DNA of 42,556 nt from Minisyncoccia bacterium (GTDB taxonomy: Bacteria > Patescibacteriota > Minisyncoccia > Phycocordibacterales > UBA9973): positions 1-42,556 of the forward strand of contig JBBRVK010000001.1 of NCBI GenBank assembly GCA_038247045.1, read 5' to 3'. Position numbers and translations under genes: made by a program. Below are positions 17,615-26,519 of this stretch, one piece after another (the stretch's first letter is position 1; each line of letters begins with the position of its first letter). The notes under the pieces are model-generated. The model was not told where the DNA came from and made no database searches. It saw only the letters and a program-made list of their open reading frames with translations.

Positions 17615-18478
17615 ATGAATGAAAATATTAAAGATGAGTCAGATGGTGAAGGTTTTAGTTCCGTCGATTTAATTTATCAATGTTTAATTGATAAGGATAA
17701 ATTTAATGCTTTTGAATATGTTCTTAAAAATAATATAAAATCTAACTCAAAAGTTCTTGATATTGGTACTGGTTCAGGAATTCTTGCTTTGACTGCAGGT
17801 AGACTGGGAGCAGAAAGTGTTCTTGCTTTAGAATTTGACCCAACTGTTGCAAAAATAGCTGAAAATAATTTTTTAGAAAATAATTTAAATAATAAAATAA
17901 AAATTAAAGTTGGAGATGCCAGGAATATTGATTTATCTAGTCATAAATTTAATGTTGTTGTTATGGAGTTATTAGCAACTGGGCTTGTTGATGAAATGCA
18001 AGTAGATGCTATAAATAATCTTTATTCTCAAGATTTGATAGGAGCTAATACTGTGGTGATACCTTATGCTCAAGAAAATTATTTATCATTAGCAAGTACG
18101 GATTTCAATCTTTATGGTTTTAAAATGAAGATGATTAAACATCTGTGGTCTCATGATGCTGCTGAAGGTTCTTATAAAATATTTTCAGATAAAAATTTGA
18201 TAAATAAAGTAGTATTCAATCAGAAAAATGAAAGAAATTATTCTGGAATATTAAAATTCTTAGTATCAGAACCGGGTGAAATTAATAGTCTTTGTTTGAC
18301 AAGTAAAATTTTAGTAGATGAAAAAGGAGAAATTACACTCACTGAGACACATTCTTTGAATCCAATAGTCTTTATTCCATTACCAGAAAGAAAAGTTTCA
18401 AAAGGAGATGAGGTTTCTATTAAATTAGATTATCAGATGGGGGGAGGTTTTAGTAATTTTAAAATAAATTACATATAA
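17615..18478 (+). CDS. PRMT-like class I SAM-dependent methyltransferase with a C-terminal beta-barrel
   Basis: 287 aa. VLDIGTGSGILAL SAM motif. The double-E loop VVVMELLATGLVDEMQ has the same E-x8-E spacing as SEWMGYCLFYE. TETHSLNPIVFIPL resembles the THW-loop region. Confidence 0.65.
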   Translation: MNENIKDESDGEGFSSVDLIYQCLIDKDKFNAFEYVLKNNIKSNSKVLDIGTGSGILALTAGRLGAESVLALEFDPTVAKIAENNFLENNLNNKIKIKVGDARNIDLSSHKFNVVVMELLATGLVDEMQVDAINNLYSQDLIGANTVVIPYAQENYLSLASTDFNLYGFKMKMIKHLWSHDAAEGSYKIFSDKNLINKVVFNQKNERNYSGILKFLVSEPGEINSLCLTSKILVDEKGEITLTETHSLNPIVFIPLPERKVSKGDEVSIKLDYQMGGGFSNFKINYI

Positions 18479-18482
18479 AAAT

Positions 18483-20180
18483 ATGGAAAATCAATTATTG
18501 TGTTTAGATTCAACTCCAAAGTTCTTAAATCTTTTTGATTTCGGGGTTGCTCCATCTCTTCTTTTTTATTCTTATATACCAGTACTTATTATAGTCATAT
18601 TTTTTAGCACCTTAATCTTATTTAAAGATAAATTTTCTCTCCAAAGTAAAGCTTTATTTACAATTGGTTTTTCTTTTTCATTGTGGATTATTAATATGAT
18701 TTTTCAATGGATAGGAGTTGATGCGAATTTTGTTATCTTTTCGTGGCAGATTACAGCTCTAATAGAAATAATGATTCCAATTTCTGTTATTTATTTTAAT
18801 CTTATACTTATTAATAAGGGTAAGGACATCTCAGTTATATCGAAGTTAATATTACTATTAATGTCTTTTCCTATTTTTATTCTTTTGCCAACAAGTTATA
18901 ATATTATAAATTTTGATCTTTCTACTTGCGCTGGTGATGTTGGTCCACTTTTGTATTATGTTTATGGTTTAGAAATAATATCCATGTTCTGGATAACTAT
19001 CTATGTTGTATATAAATTATATAAAGAAAAAACAAAAAGGACTTTAGAATATATTAGGCTCAATAGATTGATGTACATTATTATTGGATCAGCTATTTTT
19101 TTGCTAATTTTTTCTTTATCAAATACCTTTGGTGAAATAACAAAGATATATGAAATAAACTTGTTTGGACCTATTGGAATGTTGATTTTCGTTACTCTTT
19201 TGACTTATCATATTGTTAAATTTAAAACATTTCACTTGAAAGTGTTGGTCTCTGAAGCATTAGTTGCAGGGCTATTTATTTTAATTGGCGCACAATTTTT
19301 CTTTATAAAAGTAAAAATAAATTTTATTTTAAATGGAATATCTTTTCTTGGAATAATTATTTTAGGTAATAATCTAATTAAAGGAGTTAAAAAAGAAATA
19401 GAACAACGAGAAGGATTAGAAGTGTTGAGGGTTAAATTAGAAGAAACAAATATGAATTTAGCTGAGGCTAATGATAAATTGAAAGATTTAGATAAACTAA
19501 AAACAGAGTTCGTTTCTCTCGCTTCTCACCAACTTCGTAGTCCATTAACTGCGATTAAGGGTTATGCTTCAATGGTTATTGAAGGGGATTATGGTGAGGT
19601 AAACAAAGATGCGACTGGTGCAATAAAACGAGTGTTTGAATCTAGTCAAAATTTGTCAAAAATTGTTGAAGACTTGTTGGATGTATCAAAAATAGAACAA
19701 GGAGGTATGAAATATGAAATGACTCCATTTAATTTAGCTGATGTTGCTCGTGATATGACCAAAGATTTATCTATTCCAGCAGAAAATAAAGGTTTGAAAT
19801 TAAATTTTAAGGTAGAGAATGAGGATAAATGTGTTGTAAATGGAGATAAGGAAAAAATTAGACAAGTTATTTTAAATTTTATTGATAACTCTATTAAATA
19901 CACAAAAGAAGGAGAAATTAATGTCTCTGTTAAAAAAGAATCTCATAAAATTATATTTATTGTTTCTGATATGGGTATGGGTATGACACCAGAAATTAAA
20001 TCAAGTCTATTCCAAAAATTTGTTCGTGGTGATGGGGCTCGTATGAACACTACTGGTTCAGGTTTGGGTCTATATTTAGCTAAAGAAATTGTTGAAGCAC
20101 ATAAGGGCCGTGTTTGGGTTGAGTCAGAAGGTCCCAATAAAGGTTCAACTTTCTATATGGAACTAGAAGCAGTTGAATAG
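18483..20180 (+). CDS. Sensor histidine kinase with an N-terminal multi-pass (7TM-type) membrane domain
   Basis: 565 aa. Seven or eight TM helices, a coiled coil, the H-box LASHQLRSPLTAIKGY, and N/G boxes DNSIKYT and GSGLGLYLAKEIV. It starts 4 nt after the methyltransferase gene. No response regulator is adjacent. Confidence 0.85.
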   Translation: MENQLLCLDSTPKFLNLFDFGVAPSLLFYSYIPVLIIVIFFSTLILFKDKFSLQSKALFTIGFSFSLWIINMIFQWIGVDANFVIFSWQITALIEIMIPISVIYFNLILINKGKDISVISKLILLLMSFPIFILLPTSYNIINFDLSTCAGDVGPLLYYVYGLEIISMFWITIYVVYKLYKEKTKRTLEYIRLNRLMYIIIGSAIFLLIFSLSNTFGEITKIYEINLFGPIGMLIFVTLLTYHIVKFKTFHLKVLVSEALVAGLFILIGAQFFFIKVKINFILNGISFLGIIILGNNLIKGVKKEIEQREGLEVLRVKLEETNMNLAEANDKLKDLDKLKTEFVSLASHQLRSPLTAIKGYASMVIEGDYGEVNKDATGAIKRVFESSQNLSKIVEDLLDVSKIEQGGMKYEMTPFNLADVARDMTKDLSIPAENKGLKLNFKVENEDKCVVNGDKEKIRQVILNFIDNSIKYTKEGEINVSVKKESHKIIFIVSDMGMGMTPEIKSSLFQKFVRGDGARMNTTGSGLGLYLAKEIVEAHKGRVWVESEGPNKGSTFYMELEAVE

Positions 20181-20190
20181 TTTAATAAGT

Positions 20191-20245
20191 AAAAATAATA
20201 AATAAAATCCTCACACCCGGTGTGAGGATTTTATTTATTATTTTT
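20191..20245. terminator. Perfect 25-bp hairpin. Bidirectional terminator between the convergent kinase gene and cysS
   Basis: AAAAATAATAAATAAAATCCTCACA-cccgg-TGTGAGGATTTTATTTATTATTTTT. The right arm overlaps the cysS stop codon (20244-20246). Confidence 0.8.
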
Positions 20246-21596
20246 ATATTTTTGAAATTTGATAATCTTGACCTATATCTTTTATTTCATAACCAAGGTT
20301 GTTTATTTTATTTCTTAATTCATCACTTTTGGACCAATCTTTACCTGTACGAGCATCCAGTCTCTCTTTTGCGAGCCTTTCTACTTCTCCTGGTATAGTA
20401 TCTTGCTTTATTTTATCCAAACCAAGACCCAATACTTTATCAAAATCAAGGATTGTAGCCTTTTTATCAGAATCTGACAGAGAAGAATCTTTCATTATCT
20501 CCCATACTAATGCCAAAGCTTTTGGAGTATCTAGGTTATTATCCATGTATTCTATAAATTGATTTTTGAAATCTTTATTTACAATTCCTATTTCATTAAT
20601 CGAAGATATAAAAGATTTTAATTTATTTAATGCTATATTTGTCCCGATAACCGTCTCAATAGTGAAATTTGTTCTAGTTGTATAATTCCCAGTATATAAC
20701 CACATTCGAAAAGCGATTGGATCTATTCCTTTATCTACTAAATCTTTTAGAATATAATAATTTCCAGCTGATTTTGACATTTTTTTATTATCAACCAAAA
20801 GATGTTCATTATGCATAAAATATTTAGCAAATATTTTTCCTGTAGCACATTCAGACTGAGCTATTTCGTTTTCATGATGAGGAAATATATTGTCTACTCC
20901 TCCTGTATGTATATCAAAACTCTCTCCAAGATTATCCATACTCATAGCAGAACACTCTATGTGCCATCCAGGGCGTCCTTTACCTATCTCTGTATCCCAA
21001 TACACGTCGCCATCGCTAGGTTCCCAAGCTTTCCATAAAGCAAAATCTTGAGCATTTTCTTTTTCATATTCATCACTGGAGAGTCTGCCTTTAGCATTTT
21101 CTTTTAGATCTGATAAAGTAAAGTGTGAGAGTTTCCCATATTCTTTATCTTTTTTAATATCAAAATAAATTGAACCATCTTTCTCTTTATAAGCAAACTC
21201 TTTATTTAATAGAATTTTTATTAACTCCACCATTTGAGGTATATAATCAGTTGCTTTAGTATATACATCAGCAGGTTCTATGTTTAAAGATTTTATATCA
21301 TTCATAAAAATCTCAGTATAAAATTCTGTAAAATCTTTTAGTGTCTTTCCTTCTATTTGAGAATTCTTAATCGTTTTATCGTCGATATCAGTAATATTTA
21401 TCACATGATTTATTTTATATCCTTTATATTTTAAATACCTCTTGATCATATCAGCAAAAATATAGGCACGATAATTCCCAATATGAGCATAGTTGTAAAC
21501 GGTAGGGCCACAAGTGTACATCCCGACTTCATCATTATGAATTGGTTTGAATTCCTCCTTCTCTCTTGTTAATGTGTTATATATTTTTAAAGCCAT
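20244..21596 (-). CDS. cysS: Cysteinyl-tRNA synthetase
   Basis: 450 aa. CGPTVYNYAHIGN (HIGH region) and KMSKS. Confidence 0.95.
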   Translation of the reverse strand: MALKIYNTLTREKEEFKPIHNDEVGMYTCGPTVYNYAHIGNYRAYIFADMIKRYLKYKGYKINHVINITDIDDKTIKNSQIEGKTLKDFTEFYTEIFMNDIKSLNIEPADVYTKATDYIPQMVELIKILLNKEFAYKEKDGSIYFDIKKDKEYGKLSHFTLSDLKENAKGRLSSDEYEKENAQDFALWKAWEPSDGDVYWDTEIGKGRPGWHIECSAMSMDNLGESFDIHTGGVDNIFPHHENEIAQSECATGKIFAKYFMHNEHLLVDNKKMSKSAGNYYILKDLVDKGIDPIAFRMWLYTGNYTTRTNFTIETVIGTNIALNKLKSFISSINEIGIVNKDFKNQFIEYMDNNLDTPKALALVWEIMKDSSLSDSDKKATILDFDKVLGLGLDKIKQDTIPGEVERLAKERLDARTGKDWSKSDELRNKINNLGYEIKDIGQDYQISKI

Positions 21597-22498
21597 TTTC
21601 TATTTTTTATATAAATAAAAGTTATTAAACTGGTTATTAGCATTAATATTAATACTAGTATATATAGTTTATCATTATCTGATCTAAGAAACTTGCTATT
21701 GATGACAAAAATATTTGATATTACTGTTATTGGTGAAATTAAGAAGGTGATTATCGTTAATATTTTCATTGTCTCCTTTGTTTTATTTGCGAGAAGAGAA
21801 TCATTCGTTTCTCGAAGGTCGTCTAATATTTCTTTATGACTATCAAGTGTTGCTTGAGTTTTGTTATATTCACTAATAATAGCGGAAATATAATAACCAA
21901 ACTTTTCCCCAAAAAAATGTTTACCTGCAATTTCAAAAGAACCTAAGACTTCTTTGTGGAATCTAATAGCTTGGCGGAAATCCAATAAAGTTCTATTAAT
22001 ATTAGATATTGTTTGTACCATTTTTCCTTCTGTTCCTTCAAATATTTTTCTTTCAACTTCTTTTAGGAGTAAATTGACAGTGTTGAGTTGTTGTCTTGAA
22101 TGTAGATATAATGATTTTATAAGGTGGAAGAATAGAAATCCAGCATGATCAACATCCATTCTCTTTTCTAAAATAGCATCTACTTCAAAAGTCTTAGAAA
22201 ATTCATGTAATGATTCTATTGGTTCATAGTGGGTAGTAATTATAAAATTATTGCTGACAATGAAATCTATTTCTTTCTCAATACTCTTAGTCCCTTCGTG
22301 GGATATCTCTGGGAAATGTAAAATTAGATAAATAAAATTAGGGTATAAGTCAACTTTTGATTGTAAACTTAGGTTTTTCATCTCTTCTCCTACTGTTGGT
22401 AAAATAGAGTATTCTTCCATTATGTGCAATAATTCGCTTTCTGTTGGTGATTCAAGGTCAACCCAAGTCAAACCTTTATAAGTGTATTTTGAAATCAT
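21587..22498 (-). CDS. CorA-family divalent-cation transporter homologue with a non-canonical pore motif
   Basis: 303 aa with two C-terminal TM helices. LTIITFLISPITVISNIFVINSKF aligns with the CorA LTxxxxxFxPLTFIxGIYGMNF. It overlaps the cysS start by 10 nt. Confidence 0.7.
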   Translation of the reverse strand: MISKYTYKGLTWVDLESPTESELLHIMEEYSILPTVGEEMKNLSLQSKVDLYPNFIYLILHFPEISHEGTKSIEKEIDFIVSNNFIITTHYEPIESLHEFSKTFEVDAILEKRMDVDHAGFLFFHLIKSLYLHSRQQLNTVNLLLKEVERKIFEGTEGKMVQTISNINRTLLDFRQAIRFHKEVLGSFEIAGKHFFGEKFGYYISAIISEYNKTQATLDSHKEILDDLRETNDSLLANKTKETMKILTIITFLISPITVISNIFVINSKFLRSDNDKLYILVLILMLITSLITFIYIKNRKWL

Positions 22499-22506
22499 AT
22501 TATCCT

Positions 22507-22512
22507 AGTATA
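22507..22512 (-). promoter_or_regulatory. -10 hexamer TATACT 8 nt upstream of the corA-like ATG
   Basis: The minus strand reads gctgTATACTaggataatATG. Confidence 0.4.
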
Positions 22513-22603
22513 CAGCTCCACTTGCTTTTTTCAAAACTTTTGTGTATTATACAGTCTGTGGAAAACCTATTTATTTAGGGCTTTCTATCTAATATATAAA
22601 CAT

Positions 22604-22966
22604 ATGGCAACAGTTAAAAAGACAACAAAAAAAGTAGACGTAGAAAGTACAGAATTTGCTGTAATTCTTACAGGTGGTAAACAATATAAAGTCGCAGTAG
22701 GTGATGTTCTCAAGGTTGAAAAGCTAGACGGAGAATTTACACTAGGAGACAAAATTGTCTTTGATAAGGTTTTGCTCGTTGATAATGGAGTAGACACAAC
22801 AATCGGTACACCTTATATAACAGGAGCTAAAGTAGAATCATTATTTCAAAAAGCAGGTAAGGGAAAAACAGTTAGTGTTGTAAAATACAAACAGAAAAGC
22901 CGATACTTGAAAAAGAACGGACACAGACAGCCTTACATCGAAGTAAAGATATCTGCAATTAAATAA
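22604..22966 (+). CDS. rplU: 50S ribosomal protein L21
   Basis: 120 aa. FAVILTGGKQYKV and KQKSRYLKKNGHRQPY are typical of L21. A short Lys-rich N-terminal extension is present. Confidence 0.9.
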   Translation: MATVKKTTKKVDVESTEFAVILTGGKQYKVAVGDVLKVEKLDGEFTLGDKIVFDKVLLVDNGVDTTIGTPYITGAKVESLFQKAGKGKTVSVVKYKQKSRYLKKNGHRQPYIEVKISAIK

Positions 22967-22976
22967 ATTTAAAAAT

Positions 22977-23004
22977 AAAAAACTAGACATTCGTCTAGTT
23001 TTTT
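22977..23004. terminator. Bidirectional terminator between the convergent rplU and recR
   Basis: AAAAAACTAGAC-attc-GTCTAGTTTTTT. Confidence 0.75.
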
Positions 23005-23010
23005 ATTTTT

Positions 23011-23625
23011 TTACGCTCTATTTTTTATAGCATTTTTAATTGTCTCAGAGTCAGAGTATTCCAACTCTGTGCCGGTTGAGAGTCCACGCCCAAGAGAAAC
23101 TATTTTAAAATTATATTTTTTTTCTACAACACTTAGCATTTCTCGTAAATACATATCAGTATGTTCACCTTGAGGATTTAGCGATAGAGCAATAATAACT
23201 TCCTTTAGACCATCTTGCTTAGCTCTCATCTCAATATTATGCATTAATTCTTTAATCCTAACGTAGTTGGGAGTATCTTTGGTTACAATAGGAACAAGCC
23301 CCCCCAATATAAAGTATAAACCACTGTAATTTCTGCTTTTTTTTATGTTTTCATAATCAGCATCTTTTTCAACGATAAGAAGGGAAGTCTTATCTGTTCT
23401 TGAATTATTACAAATATCGCAGAGTTCATCTTTTTTAGATTGGAAAAAAAGAAAACATGATGGACACTGATGAATTGTATTTTTTAAATCTAAAATTTTA
23501 TCGCCAAGTTCTAGAACAAAACTTGGATTTTTATGTAGTAGAAAATATACAAAACGTTTGGCTTGACGTTCGCCGATACCAGGAAATTCTTTAAAGTATT
23601 CTGTCAATTTTTCTATTGGGTTCAT
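23011..23625 (-). CDS. recR: Recombination protein RecR
   Basis: 204 aa. N-terminal HhH (FPGIGERQAKR), C4 zinc finger CPSCF...CDIC, and a Toprim region. Confidence 0.9.
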   Translation of the reverse strand: MNPIEKLTEYFKEFPGIGERQAKRFVYFLLHKNPSFVLELGDKILDLKNTIHQCPSCFLFFQSKKDELCDICNNSRTDKTSLLIVEKDADYENIKKSRNYSGLYFILGGLVPIVTKDTPNYVRIKELMHNIEMRAKQDGLKEVIIALSLNPQGEHTDMYLREMLSVVEKKYNFKIVSLGRGLSTGTELEYSDSETIKNAIKNRA

Positions 23626-23651
23626 AATATATTTTTTTTAAATATTGTGTA

Positions 23652-23719
23652 ATTGGGTTATTCTTTTATTGATGATTTAGTGAACCAAACCGAGGACCTC
23701 AAGAAAATAATAATCCAAT
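23652..23719 (-). repeat. Intercistronic long hairpin, family member 4 (dnaB-recR gap)
   Basis: The minus strand reads ATTGGATTATTATTTTCTTGA-GGTCCTCGGTTTGGTTCACTAAATCA-TCAATAAAAGAATAACCCAAT. The arms pair at 18 of 21 positions. The GGTCCTCGGTT core is present, but there is no CCAGAC. Confidence 0.55.
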
Positions 23720-23736
23720 GTAAATAATTTAATAAA

Positions 23737-25128
23737 CTAAAATTGATCCATACCAGTTTCTTTTCCAGATGGGGCAAATTGATTTACGCCTGATTTTTCA
23801 ATCGTCATAAAGGTTGTTGTCTTCTCATCGAAATACAAATCAACCTTACCAACAGGACCATTACGGTGCTTTTCAATAAGTATTTCAGCTATGTTCGTAC
23901 GTTCGCTTTCATCTTTACCTTTATCTTCACGGTGAATAAACATCACAATATCGGCATCCTGTTCAATAGATCCTGAATCACGAAGATCAGAGAGTCTTGG
24001 TCGTCCTCCACGAGCTTCAACTGCACGAGAAAGCTGTGAAAGTGCAATAACTGGAACATCAAATTCTTTAGCTAGAGCTTTGAGAGATCGAGAAATTTCT
24101 GTCACTTGGTTGACCATACTGTCATAGTTTTTTGAAGTAGACATAAGCTGTAGGTAGTCGACGATAATGAGTCCTATGCCATGTTCTGCTCGAATCCGAC
24201 GACATACGGATCTCATTCTAACAATAGAATTACCTGCTAAATCATCAACGAAGATTGGAGCTTTTGATAAACTGTCTAATGAATCTCGGATTTTTGCGAA
24301 CTCACTTTCTGCAGTTAAATTACCAGTACGAAGATTCCAAGCATTAACTCGTGATTGTGCCGCTAACATTCTATCGACGAGTTGCTGTGTACTCATTTCA
24401 AGTGAAAAGATAACAGTTGGAGTGCCGTGGTTTAGTGCTGCCTGTCGGGCTATATCAAGAGCCAGTGTTGTTTTACCCATAGAAGGACGAGCTGCAAGTA
24501 TTATGAGATCAGATTTTTGAAGTCCAGACAGGTATTGGTCAAGATCACGGAAACCAGTTGGAACTCCACGAAGTTCACCTTTACTTTCATGAAGTCTCTC
24601 GAGTCTTTCCCATGCTTCTGGTAAACTATCTTTAAGCGAAGTATAAGTATGACCTCCAGTATTGTTATTTATACCCATCATTCTTTTCTCTGCTTGATCT
24701 AGAATTTCAAAGACATCTTCTACTTCTTCTTTAAAACCAAGTTCTGAAATATCAGAACCAGCGTCAATAATTTTTCTTAAAAGATGTTTCTTGTTAACAA
24801 TGTCAGCATAATATTTAATGTTTGTGGAAGCGGGGACTGAATTTGTAAGTTCAGTTAGATAACTATTTCCACCAACAGAATCTAGTTGTCCTTTTTCTCC
24901 AAGTTTATGAGAGACGGAAAGTAAGTCAATAGGATCGCCCTTATTTGAGAGTTCTACCATTATTTTATATATTTGGGAGTGTTTTGCTGCGTAAAATGAA
25001 TCAATATTAATAACATCATTAATTTCATGAATAGCAGAAGGACGTAACATTATAGAACCTAGAACTGCTTTTTCTGAATCGACACTTTGAGGTGGAATAC
25101 GTAAATTTGTTTTTTTATCTGTGGCCAT
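23737..25128 (-). CDS. dnaB: Replicative DNA helicase DnaB
   Basis: 463 aa. PPQSVDSEKAVLGS N-terminus, Walker A ARPSMGKTT, DYLQLM and SQLSR motifs. Confidence 0.95.
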   Translation of the reverse strand: MATDKKTNLRIPPQSVDSEKAVLGSIMLRPSAIHEINDVINIDSFYAAKHSQIYKIMVELSNKGDPIDLLSVSHKLGEKGQLDSVGGNSYLTELTNSVPASTNIKYYADIVNKKHLLRKIIDAGSDISELGFKEEVEDVFEILDQAEKRMMGINNNTGGHTYTSLKDSLPEAWERLERLHESKGELRGVPTGFRDLDQYLSGLQKSDLIILAARPSMGKTTLALDIARQAALNHGTPTVIFSLEMSTQQLVDRMLAAQSRVNAWNLRTGNLTAESEFAKIRDSLDSLSKAPIFVDDLAGNSIVRMRSVCRRIRAEHGIGLIIVDYLQLMSTSKNYDSMVNQVTEISRSLKALAKEFDVPVIALSQLSRAVEARGGRPRLSDLRDSGSIEQDADIVMFIHREDKGKDESERTNIAEILIEKHRNGPVGKVDLYFDEKTTTFMTIEKSGVNQFAPSGKETGMDQF

Positions 25129-25135
25129 AGGTCCT

Positions 25136-25144
25136 ATTGTATCA
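25136..25144 (-). promoter_or_regulatory. Extended -10 (TGaTACAAT) 7 nt upstream of the dnaB ATG
   Basis: The minus strand reads gtgaTACAATaggacctATG. Confidence 0.45.
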
Positions 25145-25215
25145 CAGTAAAAAATATTACAAATTGTCGTTTTCGGATAAAGATGTTACTAATATGTGCA
25201 AAACTTTCTATATTT

Positions 25216-25224
25216 TGATATTAT
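25216..25224 (+). promoter_or_regulatory. Extended -10 (TGaTATTAT) 8 nt upstream of the trpS ATG
   Basis: ttTGaTATTATatatacatATG. Confidence 0.4.
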
Positions 25225-25232
25225 ATATACAT

Positions 25233-26240
25233 ATGAATAAATACTCTAAAATTGTTATGACAGGGGATCGCCCAACAGGGAAATTACATCTTGGGCATTT
25301 TGTTGGTTCTATCAAAAATAGAGTTAAATTACAAGACGAAGCAGAAAAATCCTTTTATATGATTGCAGATATGCAAGCTCTTACAGATAATGCTAGTAAT
25401 CCAGAAAAAGTTAGAAATAATGTTTTAGAAGTAGCATTAGACAATCTTGCTTGTGGTCTTGACCCTAAGAAAACTATTATGTTTATCCAATCTGAAATTT
25501 CAGAAATTGCGGAACTTACAGTTATATTTTTAAATTTGGTAACTTTAGCAAGGTTAAAAAGAAATCCTACAGTAAAAGACGAAATGAAACAAAAAGGTTT
25601 TGGGGAAAATGTCCCTGCTGGTTTTTTGGCTTATCCTGTATCTCAAGCAGCAGATATTCTTTTTTGCAAAAGTAATTTAATTCCAGTAGGTGATGATCAA
25701 TTGCCACAGATTGAACAAGCGAATGAGATAGTAGATACATTTAATCGATTTTATGGGGAAATATTTACAAAAATAAAACATTTAGTAGGTGATACATCTA
25801 GACTTATAGGAACTGATGGTGGATCAAAAATGAGTAAATCTATTGGTAATGGAATTTATCTTTCAGATGATTTTGAAACTATTTCAAAAAAAGTTATGAG
25901 TATGTACACAGACCCAAAACATATTCATGTTGAAGATAAAGGAGAAGTGAAAGGTAATGTTGTTTTTGCTTATCTTGATATTTTTGATGCAAATAAAAAT
26001 GAACTTGAAGACCTTAAAAAACATTATAAAAAGGGTGGGCTTGGAGATGTTGTAATTAAAAAAAGATTAATTAATATTTTAGAAAATATAATTAAACCTA
26101 TTAGAGAAAAAAGAGAAGAGTTAGCCAAAAATCCAGAAGCAGTAATGAAGATTTTACAAGAAGGAACTACAAAAGCACAAATCACAGCAAAAGAAACCAT
26201 GTTAGAAGTTAGAAAAGCATTAAAAATTAATTATTTTTAA
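25233..26240 (+). CDS. trpS: Tryptophanyl-tRNA synthetase
   Basis: I place the start at the ATG at 25233 (MNKYSKIVMTGDRPTGKLHLGH), not at the track's 25137. KMSKS is present. The track's 32-codon extension overlaps the divergent promoter region. Confidence 0.9.
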   Translation: MNKYSKIVMTGDRPTGKLHLGHFVGSIKNRVKLQDEAEKSFYMIADMQALTDNASNPEKVRNNVLEVALDNLACGLDPKKTIMFIQSEISEIAELTVIFLNLVTLARLKRNPTVKDEMKQKGFGENVPAGFLAYPVSQAADILFCKSNLIPVGDDQLPQIEQANEIVDTFNRFYGEIFTKIKHLVGDTSRLIGTDGGSKMSKSIGNGIYLSDDFETISKKVMSMYTDPKHIHVEDKGEVKGNVVFAYLDIFDANKNELEDLKKHYKKGGLGDVVIKKRLINILENIIKPIREKREELAKNPEAVMKILQEGTTKAQITAKETMLEVRKALKINYF

Positions 26241-26252
26241 ATATATAATTTT

Positions 26253-26468
26253 ATGAAATACATTCGTATTTTACTAACAGTTGTTTTTGGAATTGTTTAT
26301 TGGCCCATTAATGTTCTTCATACAAAAGTACAAAAATGGTATTTTAGTATGAGGAAAAAAGATGAAGTAATGTATTATCTGTTCACTCCTTTTTATTGGA
26401 TTCTTGTAGTAATTACTTTTATAATATCAGTTCCTTATGATTTTTTCATTGCTAAAGACTTACATTAA
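26253..26468 (+). CDS. Small hypothetical membrane protein (71 aa, two predicted TM helices)
   Basis: The ORF lies 12 nt downstream of trpS and has two hydrophobic stretches. No homology is recognisable. Confidence 0.4.
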   Translation: MKYIRILLTVVFGIVYWPINVLHTKVQKWYFSMRKKDEVMYYLFTPFYWILVVITFIISVPYDFFIAKDLH

Positions 26469-26519
26469 TACTGCTTACAAAATGACTTGTTTATAAAAAT
26501 AGATATGTTATTATAAAAA

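Noticed and set aside
22604-22966. rplU without the usual downstream rpmA (L27), as a possible gene loss
   Set aside because: A terminator follows rplU directly, and rpmA could simply lie elsewhere in the genome. This cannot be evaluated from one window.
24167-24520. 117-aa plus-strand ORF inside dnaB. Similar shadow ORFs occur at 88-279, 1792-2070, 1983-2345, 9220-9402, 9602-9891, 13707-13898, 19646-20137, 20299-21038, 21954-22148, 22585-22797, 26984-27178, 27634-27918, 30652-31029, 32780-32962, 33734-33982 and 34698-34958
   Set aside because: Each overlaps, on the opposite strand or in another frame, a gene with strong family motifs. None shows any recognisable domain.
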